A DNA stretch of 64,000 bases from Candidatus Multivoradales bacterium (GCA_965248925.1 CBDFLE010000006.1:4864001-4928000); one strand, 5' to 3'; numbered from the stretch's first letter, positions 40,701-48,826 are shown. The notes: generated from the sequence alone by a model not told the origin. Translations and numbers: made by a program.

Positions 40701-41487
40701 TGAGGCTTGTCAGCGCTTGACCCGCAATCTCAGCGCTGAAGAATGGCGTTACTATTTCGCCGGCGCAGTCGCTGGCGCAACTCAGCCCTATCGCGAGACC
40801 TGTCCCGGTCTTGACTCTGAGCCTGCCAGCCACGCAGCTACCGCCGCGGAAGCCAGAAATCTGAGCGGTCGATCGCCAGCGGGGCCAGCGATTCGGACCC
40901 TCGCCCTGGAGCAGGCAGTCTTGATCCCCGAGGCGCCCCTTGCCGACGGCCAAACCGAGCCCTCGCCGGCCGTGGCGGACCCGGCCCCGGCAGCAGAGCC
41001 GCCGCCGGTCGAATCCAGCCCAGCGACCGATCCCACCCCCAAGCCTGCAACTCCGCCGCCGGCCGCCGCAGCTGATGAGCTGAGTGTGAGCGACATTGCC
41101 CGGTTGGGATCGGAACTCAAGCGCCTCAGTGTTCGTATTGTCGACGAGTACGAGGACTTTCTCGATCGTGAAGACTATGACACCGAGGGCGAGGAAGACG
41201 ATATCGAAGAGTTGCTCGAAGACTTTGCCGAGGCCGCCAGTGATTTTGCCGGCACTGCCCGTCGGGCGAGCGGCAAGGGAGGCGCGCTGAGCGTGGCCTT
41301 GCGCGGCGGCAAACGCAAGTCGCAAAAGAGAGCGGAGGATAACCTGCGCCAGAAGCGCCGCCAGATGCTGCGCTATGGTGGTCGTCTACGACCGTTGATG
41401 TTACGTTATCCGGTCGGCTCGGCGGCTGAACGCAGTTGGCGGCGGATCGATCAATTGCTCGGCCGGCTTGCTGCCGAGAGTATTTAG
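37750..41487 (+). CDS. TIR domain + TM + WD40 beta-propeller protein with Pro-rich linker and acidic C-terminal domain
   Basis: YDAFISY..RVFRD..S.WVQRE; TM WWVIGVLAVLGLVGVLGGF; many FSPDG..LA..W repeats; AC.RL.RNLS.EEW..PY..TCP; start 37750 or 37792. Confidence 0.92.
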   Translation: MPRPVTPRSKLDLPMHYDAFISYGHGAGARLPRALQLALERLARPWYKRRALRVFRDDTDLSASPGLWTAIQRGLDQSSYLILLASTDAAQSTWVQREVDHWLRSGRVQRLLLVLCDGEIKWNPAAVDFDWRRTTALPKVLRGAFEEEPLWVDLRWAAVDAELSLANQNFKNDAASIAAPLHGCSKDDLVGGDLLQYRRPWWWVIGVLAVLGLVGVLGGFQWLGKVAERQAKGWQEHGRQVARLAAESLAAQDGDLGLLLAVEAARRQQEMGVPQQLEVDQALRRSLAVRPRLEASLRHQVAVRSMAFAADGESLATADVGGQLRVWQANGRELVRLEHGSPVTALAWSAEGRWLASADEQGTASVWLAATGSERMRFEAADGARIWDLEFSPGAEYLAIASADRSARVFDIASRSEVARLPHPWSVFQVNFVAARSSENPGEWLLTRAASQLRLWRWSRGREQFILSPADPAIQEVVADVDPSGGFLARAIQVTGGQETTLYEMPGGQRWGHFGDDSGGSGQDVEWQLGSSMTAERISWGSRGRLLAVAGRVDGAAVVLDVERLGSGRDPVVTRLRPPEGIRGVEMLPGGRLVTRSDRAVRIWETASGAMLSEIRAAPAIDQMIVASAGERLAVRSGNTVSVWQLQGYQEQLKIADRAPWRDLWSFDGRFLLGQEGTQEITLREAVSGNIAARLAVDSALYAGVKATTFSPDGRWLAAALEQAVVVFDMSSGQAAARIQLAEQPLRVSWSGSGRLALVTRNQLEFWDVVSNQRIFRLPLPAVLGELAASPDGRRLALTFGDHLRLIDTADGRQLAALPWLGQAGLMTWNVASERLATADSAGLRLWDAEGRQVGEFEVVEAGILALEFSPDGELLATGSESGALVLWRVADGVEVQRRQLVGQVARLDFSADGAYLASAAGGLLESRGQAQIWQAEGLRPLADLEHSRGLLAMEFSPDGRWLATRTAEPMLRVWAWRPADLIAEACQRLTRNLSAEEWRYYFAGAVAGATQPYRETCPGLDSEPASHAATAAEARNLSGRSPAGPAIRTLALEQAVLIPEAPLADGQTEPSPAVADPAPAAEPPPVESSPATDPTPKPATPPPAAAADELSVSDIARLGSELKRLSVRIVDEYEDFLDREDYDTEGEEDDIEELLEDFAEAASDFAGTARRASGKGGALSVALRGGKRKSQKRAEDNLRQKRRQMLRYGGRLRPLMLRYPVGSAAERSWRRIDQLLGRLAAESI

Positions 41488-41502
41488 AAGGGGTGAGGAT
41501 TC

Positions 41503-43140
41503 ATGCAACGGTCACAGAAGACCGCCCTGACGCTGGCGTTGGCGACCTCAGTGGTGGCCAATTTCGGGTTGATTTATTTGCTCTGGCGCCACCGTCGACA
41601 ACTTGGTTCCTTGGCGGGCTTGATGGGTGCGACCCCCAGCCAGTTCGTGTTCCTGCCGATGGTCTTTCCGCTGGCGGTTTATTTTGTGGCGCGGGCGGGT
41701 TGGATGGTGGCGGAATTGACCCAGCGGGCACCCCTGCGGCGACCGCGGGCAGTGGCGCTGGTGGCCTCGCAAGGACGTTGGATAGCGATCGGCGCGGTGG
41801 TGTCGATCGCCTTGGCGACCCTCTACTTCGCCGGTAGGGAAGCCAATTCCCACGCTCTCTACCTGCTCGAACGGCCTTATGCCGCGGCCGCGGGCCATGC
41901 TGCTCGCACTCTGTTTGTCGATCGCGGCCATGCTGAGCGGGTCGCGCGGTTGTTGCCCGAGGTGGTGGCCAGCGAGCCACGGCAGCGCCTGGAGGAAGCC
42001 CAGCGGCTGGCTCTCGACCTCGACCAGGGACGGCTGGATTCTTTCACTCTCGATCAGGCTGCGCGCTACTTGGCGATCGCCTATCAGGCGCCTCGCTCGG
42101 CGACCGAGGAACGCCTGCCGATCGATCCTTGGGCGCGATTTTTCGAGTCGTTGTCGGTGGCGCTGGCTTGTTTTGTCGGTTGGTTGCTGATCGGCTATGT
42201 TCTGCTGCTGACTCTCTACCGCTTGCGTGGCCTGCGGCCGAAACGAGCTTTCAAAGGGGTTTTCAACAGTGCCGCGTTGGCGGCCTCGATGTTCGGCGCT
42301 TGGTTGGGGCTGCGCTTTTTTAGCCTGCGCGAGATCGAGCTCTTCTTGCTCCACCGGCATCACCCCGACCGGGCCTTTCTTTGGCAGGTGGCGGCGATCT
42401 TGATGGTGTTGGGGGGCTTGCTGGCTATTCTGTCCGTCGGCTGGCTGCGCCCACCCGAGCGCCCTGCATGGCGCTACGCCTTGAGTCGCTTGTTGCCGCT
42501 GGCGGTGCCAGGGATAGTGGTCAGTATTCTGGCCTTGCGTTGGCCAGGGGTCATTCGTGAAGGGGTGGGCTCAGTGGCTGGCTGGGGGCAGCTGCTGCCG
42601 GCGGCCTTGCTGTTGGCGCTGATCGCTGGCTTGTTGACTTTCTCGCAGCCCTTCGTGGTGCGCTGGCGGGATTGCGACTTTCCCGTCTTGCGTCACCGGC
42701 TCTTTGTCAGTTACAGCCATCGCGATACTGCTTGGTGTTTGCTGATGAAGAACTTCCTGGCTAGTCGGTCGCGAACTCAAGAGGAGGAGCTAGCGATTTG
42801 GAATGATCAAGAAATTCGTTCAGCGAGCGATTTTCGGCAGGCTATCGCCAGAGCGGTGGACGAGAGCCAGGCAGCTTTGCTGCTGGTCAGCCCCTCTTTT
42901 CTGAATTCAGAGTTCATCCAACGAAGCGAGCTACCTTTGTTGCGCTCGGCGCGGCAACAAGAGGGTGAAGACTTCAAGATTTTCTGGCTCAAGCTTGAGG
43001 ATTGCGAGATTGACGAGCCATTAATCGAGCAGGTGCAGGCTTTGTACGATCCTTCCCGTCCGCTCGATAAACTACCGATCGAGACGTTGGAGAATGCCCT
43101 GGCCCGTGCCGCCGATGAGATTGCTGCTGGCTTGGTGTGA
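41503..43140 (+). CDS. Multi-TM membrane protein with C-terminal TIR domain
   Basis: About 8 hydrophobic helices; LFVSYSHRD, IWND..I, LLLVSPSFLNSEFIQRSEL; 15 bp after previous gene. Confidence 0.88.
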   Translation: MQRSQKTALTLALATSVVANFGLIYLLWRHRRQLGSLAGLMGATPSQFVFLPMVFPLAVYFVARAGWMVAELTQRAPLRRPRAVALVASQGRWIAIGAVVSIALATLYFAGREANSHALYLLERPYAAAAGHAARTLFVDRGHAERVARLLPEVVASEPRQRLEEAQRLALDLDQGRLDSFTLDQAARYLAIAYQAPRSATEERLPIDPWARFFESLSVALACFVGWLLIGYVLLLTLYRLRGLRPKRAFKGVFNSAALAASMFGAWLGLRFFSLREIELFLLHRHHPDRAFLWQVAAILMVLGGLLAILSVGWLRPPERPAWRYALSRLLPLAVPGIVVSILALRWPGVIREGVGSVAGWGQLLPAALLLALIAGLLTFSQPFVVRWRDCDFPVLRHRLFVSYSHRDTAWCLLMKNFLASRSRTQEEELAIWNDQEIRSASDFRQAIARAVDESQAALLLVSPSFLNSEFIQRSELPLLRSARQQEGEDFKIFWLKLEDCEIDEPLIEQVQALYDPSRPLDKLPIETLENALARAADEIAAGLV

Positions 43141-43157
43141 CCACCCTCGGCGCGGGA

Positions 43158-43185
43158 CGGCGGAGTCGTCAAAGACGCTCCGCCG
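43158..43185 (+). terminator. Hairpin closing the TIR locus
   Basis: CGGCGGAG-TCGTC-AAA-GACG-CTCCGCCG; no U tract. Confidence 0.4.
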
Positions 43186-43531
43186 CCCGGACTCGCGAGC
43201 CGGACTAGTGGAAGATCCAGCCTGGGTTGTTGAAGTACGGATAGAACCAGTTGGCCGGATCTCCGTTGCTGGCGTGAGGTGCTCCCCATGGTTGTACCAT
43301 TGCCAATGAAAATTTTGACACACTCTCACTTTATCCTTGCTCATCGCACCAGCAAACTCAGCCGGTGGCAGGTTCCCCAACTAGCTATGGGGACGTACAT
43401 GGTTGTAGTTCAGTCGCTGCCCCGACTCCACTTGGTCGAGAACTCGGATGATCTGCTCTTCACTGAATCCAGACCTCCTGACCTACCCCTCCTAACCCTC
43501 TGAAAACACAGGACCGCCCCTCAGAGGTGGT

Positions 43532-44208
43532 GCGGACCCAAAACTGTCCGCTTTTTTCGGTGCCGAGGCATGATCGAGCATGGCACTGACGAGCGAGCAC
43601 ACCGTCCTGTTCCCAGACCACGCCGGGGTCCCCGATGGGGTTGTGGTGATCAACGACCGCTGCCGCCTCCAGCAGAGGGGCGGCTATCGGGTGGTGGTGG
43701 TCAGCGGCATGCCGCTCGCTCACTTCGCTGCCGGCGACAGGACAGGCGAGGCCCACGCGATGGTGAGTCTCGTTGAATTGGGCTGGGCACAGCAACGCGA
43801 GGTGGCCCTTGCGTTCGCTTGTGATGTGCGGACTGTGCGCCGGAATCAGCGCCGCTTCGAAGAAGGTGGGCTGGCTGCTCTGGGCCGGCCGCGCGGTTTT
43901 CCCCGGGGTCAGTCTCGGGTAGCGCAGGGCCGCCTGGACGCGGTCAACGGCTGGAAGGCCGAGGGTGTGTCGAATCGCGAGATTGGCCGGCGGCTGGGCA
44001 TCGATGAGAAGGCCGTTCGCAAGCTCGCCAAGCGCCTGGGCTGGAAAGAGCGGTCGGTAGTGCAGATGACGATGCCCTTCGAGAGTGCGGACCCAAAACT
44101 GTCCGCCTCTGATGAGCAGCAGGTCGACGGCCCCCTGAAAACTGCGGATCTTGCGCTCGACGCTGAGGGTGGCGGTGACCCAGCGGCTGCGGACCCAAAA
44201 CTGTCCGC
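43532..44208 (+). repeat. Three copies of 20-bp palindrome GCGGACCCAAAACTGTCCGC (43532-43551, 44087-44106, 44189-44208)
   Basis: Read directly; first copy is followed by TTTTTT, the others encode ADPKLSA. Confidence 0.92.
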
Positions 44209-45973
44209 TTCTGCGTCCGAGCAAGATCAGGTTCCCCTCTCGCTGGACCTCGATCCAGCGGATCGCGCCAGCGATCGGCTGCTGGCGAGGCTGGGATTCC
44301 TCGATGATGCGGCGCCGATCTTCGGAGCGGCGACCCAGCTACCGGGCGCCGGTGCTCTGCTGGCGATTCCCGCCCTGGTGGACAGCGGCGTGCTCTCCAT
44401 CGCGCAGGAGCTGTACGGCAGCATCGGGCCGGCCTTCTATGGGCTGCGCACCACTCTGGTAACCCTGCTGCTGATGGCACTGTTGCGGGTCAAGCGACCC
44501 GAAGGGCTCAAGGAGCGCTCACCCCGGCATTTGGGTCAGCTTCTCGGGCTCGACCGAGCGCCGGAAGTGAAAACCTTGCGCAACAAGCTCGCTCGGCTGG
44601 CCGCGCATGGCCTGGCCGCGGATCTCGGTCGCGCCCTCGCTCAGCGCCGGGTCGCCACCAGGGGCCATGCCATGGGCTTCCTCTACGTGGACGGGCATGT
44701 GCGCGCCTACCACGGTGGCCGAGAGATTCCCAAGACACACGTAGCGCGGATGCGGATCGCGATGCCGGCCACCACCGACTACTGGGTCAACGATGCTGAG
44801 AGCGAGCCTCTCTTCGTGGTTCCCACCGAGGCCAACAAGGGGCTTGCGACGATGCTTCCCCTCATTCTCGAAGAGGTACGAAAGCTACTCGGAGACCGGC
44901 GAGTCACCGTCGTCTTCGACCGTGGGGGTTGGAGCCCGAAGCTGTTTGCGAAGCTCATCGCCAAGAAGTTCGACATCCTCACATACCGAAAGGCCCCCTT
45001 TCGTCCGGTGCCGTTGAGCAAGTTCGGGCAGATCAAGGACACGATCCACGGGCGGAAGCTCGAGTACCTCCTCGCCGATCAGCGTATCTACCTCGAGTAT
45101 GGCCCGAGGAAGAAGCGCAAGCGGCTGTACCTGCGCCAGGTCACCCGCCTCTGCGACAACGGCCACCAGACGTCCATCATCACCTCCCGCCGCGACCTCT
45201 CCACACTCGAGGTCGCCTACCGCATGTTCGATCGTTGGAGGCAAGAGAACTTCTTCAAATACCTGCGCGAAGAATTCGCACTCGATGCCCTGGTGGACTA
45301 TGGCACCGAGCCAGCGGACGCCGCCCGCGATGTGCCGAATCCCGAGCGCGGCAAGATCAATGCAGAGCTGCGCAAAGCTCACGCACATCTCGAGCAGCTT
45401 CGGGCCCACATCGGGATCGCTGCTCTTGAAAACCGCGAGGATCGGCGGCGCACGATGCGCGGATTCAAGATCGCCAACGCCGCCATCTCCGCCAGGGTCC
45501 GGGCAGCGATAGAGCAGATCACCGAACTCGAGAACCAGCGCGCGACCCTCCCCGTCCGCGTCCCCGTCCAAGAGGTCGTCGAAGCGGATGTCATCAAGCT
45601 GTCCGTCGAGCGCAAGCACCTCACCGATATTCTCAAGATGGTCGCCTACCAGGCCGAAGGTGATCTTCTCCGGCTCCTATCACCCCACTACCGCCGCACC
45701 GAGCAGGAGGGACGCACCCTGATCCAAAGCGCTTTCGCGGCCGGCGGCGATATGGAGGTTACCGACACCGTGCTGCTCCTTTCCATCGACCCGCTCAGCT
45801 CTCCCCACAAGACGGCGGCGATCGCCGCCGTCTGCGAAGAACTCAACGCTACCGCCACCCACTTCCCCGGCACCGAGCTACGGATGCGGTTCGCGATCAA
45901 GAAGGCGCCACCCCGGAGCCTGGCCTTCCCAGGGCCTCGGAACACCTCCGGAGAGGCTCAACCGGACATTTGA
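43580..45973 (+). CDS. DDE transposase, protein identical to 4629-7022
   Basis: Identical 797-aa translation. Confidence 0.9.
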   Translation: MALTSEHTVLFPDHAGVPDGVVVINDRCRLQQRGGYRVVVVSGMPLAHFAAGDRTGEAHAMVSLVELGWAQQREVALAFACDVRTVRRNQRRFEEGGLAALGRPRGFPRGQSRVAQGRLDAVNGWKAEGVSNREIGRRLGIDEKAVRKLAKRLGWKERSVVQMTMPFESADPKLSASDEQQVDGPLKTADLALDAEGGGDPAAADPKLSASASEQDQVPLSLDLDPADRASDRLLARLGFLDDAAPIFGAATQLPGAGALLAIPALVDSGVLSIAQELYGSIGPAFYGLRTTLVTLLLMALLRVKRPEGLKERSPRHLGQLLGLDRAPEVKTLRNKLARLAAHGLAADLGRALAQRRVATRGHAMGFLYVDGHVRAYHGGREIPKTHVARMRIAMPATTDYWVNDAESEPLFVVPTEANKGLATMLPLILEEVRKLLGDRRVTVVFDRGGWSPKLFAKLIAKKFDILTYRKAPFRPVPLSKFGQIKDTIHGRKLEYLLADQRIYLEYGPRKKRKRLYLRQVTRLCDNGHQTSIITSRRDLSTLEVAYRMFDRWRQENFFKYLREEFALDALVDYGTEPADAARDVPNPERGKINAELRKAHAHLEQLRAHIGIAALENREDRRRTMRGFKIANAAISARVRAAIEQITELENQRATLPVRVPVQEVVEADVIKLSVERKHLTDILKMVAYQAEGDLLRLLSPHYRRTEQEGRTLIQSAFAAGGDMEVTDTVLLLSIDPLSSPHKTAAIAAVCEELNATATHFPGTELRMRFAIKKAPPRSLAFPGPRNTSGEAQPDI

Positions 45974-46542
45974 GAAAAAGGGTATGTCAGGAGTTCTGGA
46001 ATCTGGGGAGCACTTCAGGTGGAGCTGGGAAAGAGAGAACAGGCCACCGAAGACCTCTCTCCGCGTCTTTCCACCAACAGTGCCCAGCGGTCCAATCTTG
46101 ACCGCAGGAAGTATGACTGAGGGTATGCACCCGACCCTCTCAGGGTACATCGCAGAGCCTTGACGCCATAGCAGCCCGCTATCGTGTACCCTGGCGGGGT
46201 AAGTTCCGGCACGGAGGGGGCTGAGCAAGTTCTGCTTTGCCAGAGAGTCTACTCCTTTCTAGAGAAGTACCCGTCCCGGGACTTCTCGCTTGCGCCAACA
46301 ATTGGAGAGAATCGCTCAAGTCCCTCGCCTAGTTGCCTAGCAGCAAGGCGAAGAGTCTTCAATGAAGCCCAAAGTACGGATCCGCTGCTAGCTTGGTGGG
46401 CACCGCCTGCACAGAGCGACCGCAGTGGAGCGGCCTCGGGAGAGGCGGGTACAGGGGAATTCGATGGCCATAAAATTCGCTTTAACAGCTGCTGCTGGAA
46501 TCAATTGGGGGGCCCTAGTTGATCCGACAGGCTGAGCTAGAA

Positions 46543-47916
46543 CTACCGTGAAAGCCTGTTTCCAGACAGGAGCCGGCTGCGCGGATGCCGACCTAGCCTG
46601 CGCGCACCGGCCAATTTTGTTCGGATATCCTCCAGCAGGACTGCTTTCGTCGTGAGCCAGTCGAGTCTGGCGAACTCAATCAACGCGGCTTCGCAGATCG
46701 AGTTCGTCTCTTGATTCATTAACAGCTTCCGAGTGTCCTGGACCACAGTTTGGACTTCACCGAACTTACCCAAGGCGATCTTCGTTTCGGCTAGGTCAAC
46801 GCTAGCCAGGGCCATATCGAAGGGGTTGATGGTCGCAAACAGCTCCACAGCCGCAGCCATTCGTGCTTCTGCCTCCTCCAGGTCACCAACTTTCCAACTC
46901 GCAGTTGCTTCAGTCCGGAGTAGCCAAGCTTCGAGGTACGGTGCTCTCTCCCTCGGTAGGAGAGACCTCGCAAGTGTTAGGTGAGTAGCCGCATCCGAAA
47001 ATCTCTGCTTCTGCAACAGCCAGTCCGCAGCATGTTGGTGCATGCCGAGGCGCAACTTCCATCCAGCGCCGTCTAGGAGTTGCAGATACCGGGACAACTG
47101 CCGATCATCCATTGTTCTCAGCAAGATGCTGCATCGAGCTAGGGAAAGTTCGGCCTCGTAGTAGGCCACCTCGCGGGCATCCGCCATCCGCAAGGCTTCT
47201 TCAAAATGTCGCTGTGCTTCAGCGTACTTTCCCTGACAAACGAGGAGCTGTCCGGCTGCTTGATACCGGCCAGAGGCATCATTGCCGCAAGCAGGATTGA
47301 CCATGCTCTGGGAAGCTCGAATAGCTGATTCTAACCAGCCACCGAGGCGGTAAGCCGTCACGAGTGAAATAACCGCCCTTTGTGCTGCTTGACAGTTCCC
47401 TCCAGCGCCCCCGGCACCCTCGACGAGCGCCCTAGCTAGCTTCGCCGAGGCACCCGGATCTCTGAAGCGAACGATGGCCAGATGCTCACAAGCTACTTCC
47501 ACCGCCTGCAACGTTCTCCAGCACTCCTCCTCGCGAAAATGCTGGGCCAGTGCCGGCTCCGGTAGCACTTCGAGTAGCAACTGAAGCCTTTGCGGCTCTG
47601 TAGAGCAGCAGGAGGCAGTCTCGCCAAGGAACGCCGCACGCAGAGCAACACTGACGCCTGGATCGCCACGGCTGGTACCGAGGAACTCGGCCGGGTCGAG
47701 CCCGGTCACCCTATTGAAGAACTCTTTGGGCGACACCCTCATCGCCGCCAGCACCAGATCCAAGCTTGGCAAGCTCATCGCGCCAGTGTTCAGCGCGCGA
47801 CTCAAGTAGCCGATGCTGAGGCCAGCTCGGACATCGATTTCTCTCTTCAGCAGCGGGTGAGCCTCGACCATCCGGCTCAGAACTTCGATCACCCTTGATA
47901 GTAGCTCCCCCTCCAT
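46543..47916 (-). CDS. XRE-like HTH + TPR-like regulator
   Basis: REIDVRAGLSIGYLSRALN..L..VL.AM.VSP.EFF N-terminus; TPR-like helices; C-terminal MALASVDLA segment resembles MASVALDLA in the 7453-7971 part. Confidence 0.75.
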   Translation of the reverse strand: MEGELLSRVIEVLSRMVEAHPLLKREIDVRAGLSIGYLSRALNTGAMSLPSLDLVLAAMRVSPKEFFNRVTGLDPAEFLGTSRGDPGVSVALRAAFLGETASCCSTEPQRLQLLLEVLPEPALAQHFREEECWRTLQAVEVACEHLAIVRFRDPGASAKLARALVEGAGGAGGNCQAAQRAVISLVTAYRLGGWLESAIRASQSMVNPACGNDASGRYQAAGQLLVCQGKYAEAQRHFEEALRMADAREVAYYEAELSLARCSILLRTMDDRQLSRYLQLLDGAGWKLRLGMHQHAADWLLQKQRFSDAATHLTLARSLLPRERAPYLEAWLLRTEATASWKVGDLEEAEARMAAAVELFATINPFDMALASVDLAETKIALGKFGEVQTVVQDTRKLLMNQETNSICEAALIEFARLDWLTTKAVLLEDIRTKLAGARRLGRHPRSRLLSGNRLSR

Positions 47917-47978
47917 CGCATGACGCTCCTATTCTGATTTCCCCGCAGCCTAGCACGACAGGCAAATCGTCAATCCAG

Positions 47979-48037
47979 TCAGCAAGAATGCTGATCCATC
48001 TGCTGCCATACGGCGATGAAATCAGCATCTTTGCTGA
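47979..48037. promoter_or_regulatory. Two palindromic operator candidates TCAGCA-N4-TGCTGA (47979-47994, 48022-48037)
   Basis: Both perfect palindromes, 43 bp apart, in the divergent intergenic region. Confidence 0.65.
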
Positions 48038-48125
48038 TTCTTCTAAATTTTGCTCAGAGAGTTCCGCCTGTTCTCTAGGCTCTTCGTATGCCTGAATCGT
48101 TCCTACTTGAAAGTAGATCGCCCCG

Positions 48126-48413
48126 ATGACCGAAGACCAAATCCAAGCCGCCCTGAGCCCCCTGATCGGCTGGCGCCGCGCCCAAGACGTCCAAGCGATC
48201 GGCAAGCACTTCCTGCTCGACACCTGGCGCGACGCCATGATCTTCGTCGACTTCGTGCTTTTCACCGGCGAGCGGCAGGCGATCACCCCGCGAGTCGTCA
48301 TCGTTGGCCGGCGGCTCAGTGTCCAGATCGGACCCCGACCCCCAGCCAGCCTGAACAGCAGGCATTTCGAATATGCCCACTCCCTCGACCTCCCATGCGG
48401 ATCCGGCGGATAA
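48126..48413 (+). CDS. PCD/DCoH-fold protein A', degenerate active site
   Basis: MTEDQIQAALSPLIGWR..IGKHF..WRDAMIFV..LNSRHFEYAHSLD; no HHP. Confidence 0.75.
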   Translation: MTEDQIQAALSPLIGWRRAQDVQAIGKHFLLDTWRDAMIFVDFVLFTGERQAITPRVVIVGRRLSVQIGPRPPASLNSRHFEYAHSLDLPCGSGG

Positions 48414-48440
48414 ACCCTGAGGCCGCCGGAGCCCTTCCTA

Positions 48441-48482
48441 CCTCCGGGCCGGGCCTCTCTCCCGGCCCGGAGGCTCTTTTTT
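48441..48482 (+). terminator. Terminator-like hairpin between A' and B'
   Basis: CCTCCGGGCCGGG-CCTCTCT-CCCGGCCCGGAGG-CTCTTTTTT. Confidence 0.8.
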
Positions 48483-48514
48483 CACCCGGTAAGACCCTCA
48501 CCAGGAGAATAGCA

Positions 48515-48826
48515 ATGAAACCAGAACGCATCCAACTCGGCTTGCAGGGCTTGGTCCACTGGCGTCAACCCAGTACCGCAGATCAGGTCATCAGCCGGCA
48601 GATCGGCCTCGCCAACTTCACCAGCGCCAGCGACCTGCTGCGCAAGAGCCTCGTGCTGGCCAAGAGGCTGGAGATGCCGCTCGATCTGCACCTCCAAGGC
48701 AGCACCTTGAAAGTGCGCCTGCCCTGTGCTCCCGAAACCGAACTCACCGAGCGCCACCTTTCCCTGGCCCGCGCCATCGAGAGCCTAGCCGCCGAGGTAG
48801 AGCAGCGGGCACCCCGCCATGGATAG
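48515..48826 (+). CDS. PCD/DCoH-fold protein B'
   Basis: AGGAG RBS; MKPERIQLGL..ELTERHLSLARAIES; paralog of 8788-9096. Confidence 0.78.
   Translation: MKPERIQLGLQGLVHWRQPSTADQVISRQIGLANFTSASDLLRKSLVLAKRLEMPLDLHLQGSTLKVRLPCAPETELTERHLSLARAIESLAAEVEQRAPRHG

Larger units (their letters stand above)
43470..45998 (+). mobile_element. Insertion sequence copy 2 (2529 bp)
   Basis: Same IRs as copy 1; flanked by GAATC at 43465-43469 and 45999-46003. Confidence 0.95.
43275..46017 (-). mobile_element. Internally deleted IS3-family relic (~209 bp) interrupted by IS copy 2
   Basis: Ends TGAGGTGCTCCCCA (43275) and TGAAGTGCTCCCCA (46017, minus); minus strand reads FSEEQIIRVLDQVESG (OrfA start) fused to YNHVRPHS*LGNLPPAEFA (OrfB end); flanks GGCG/GGTG. 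Confidence 0.8.

Noticed and set aside
7133-43469. Composite transposon formed by the two IS copies
   Set aside because: Each copy has its own matching flanks (GGGTC vs GAATC), indicating independent insertions
43532-44208. Triple palindromic repeat as a CRISPR array
   Set aside because: Spacers are 535 and 82 bp, two copies are inside the transposase ORF, and no cas genes are present
46018-46542. Small signalling-peptide gene downstream of the XRE-TPR regulator
   Set aside because: I found no short ORF with a convincing RBS and signal peptide
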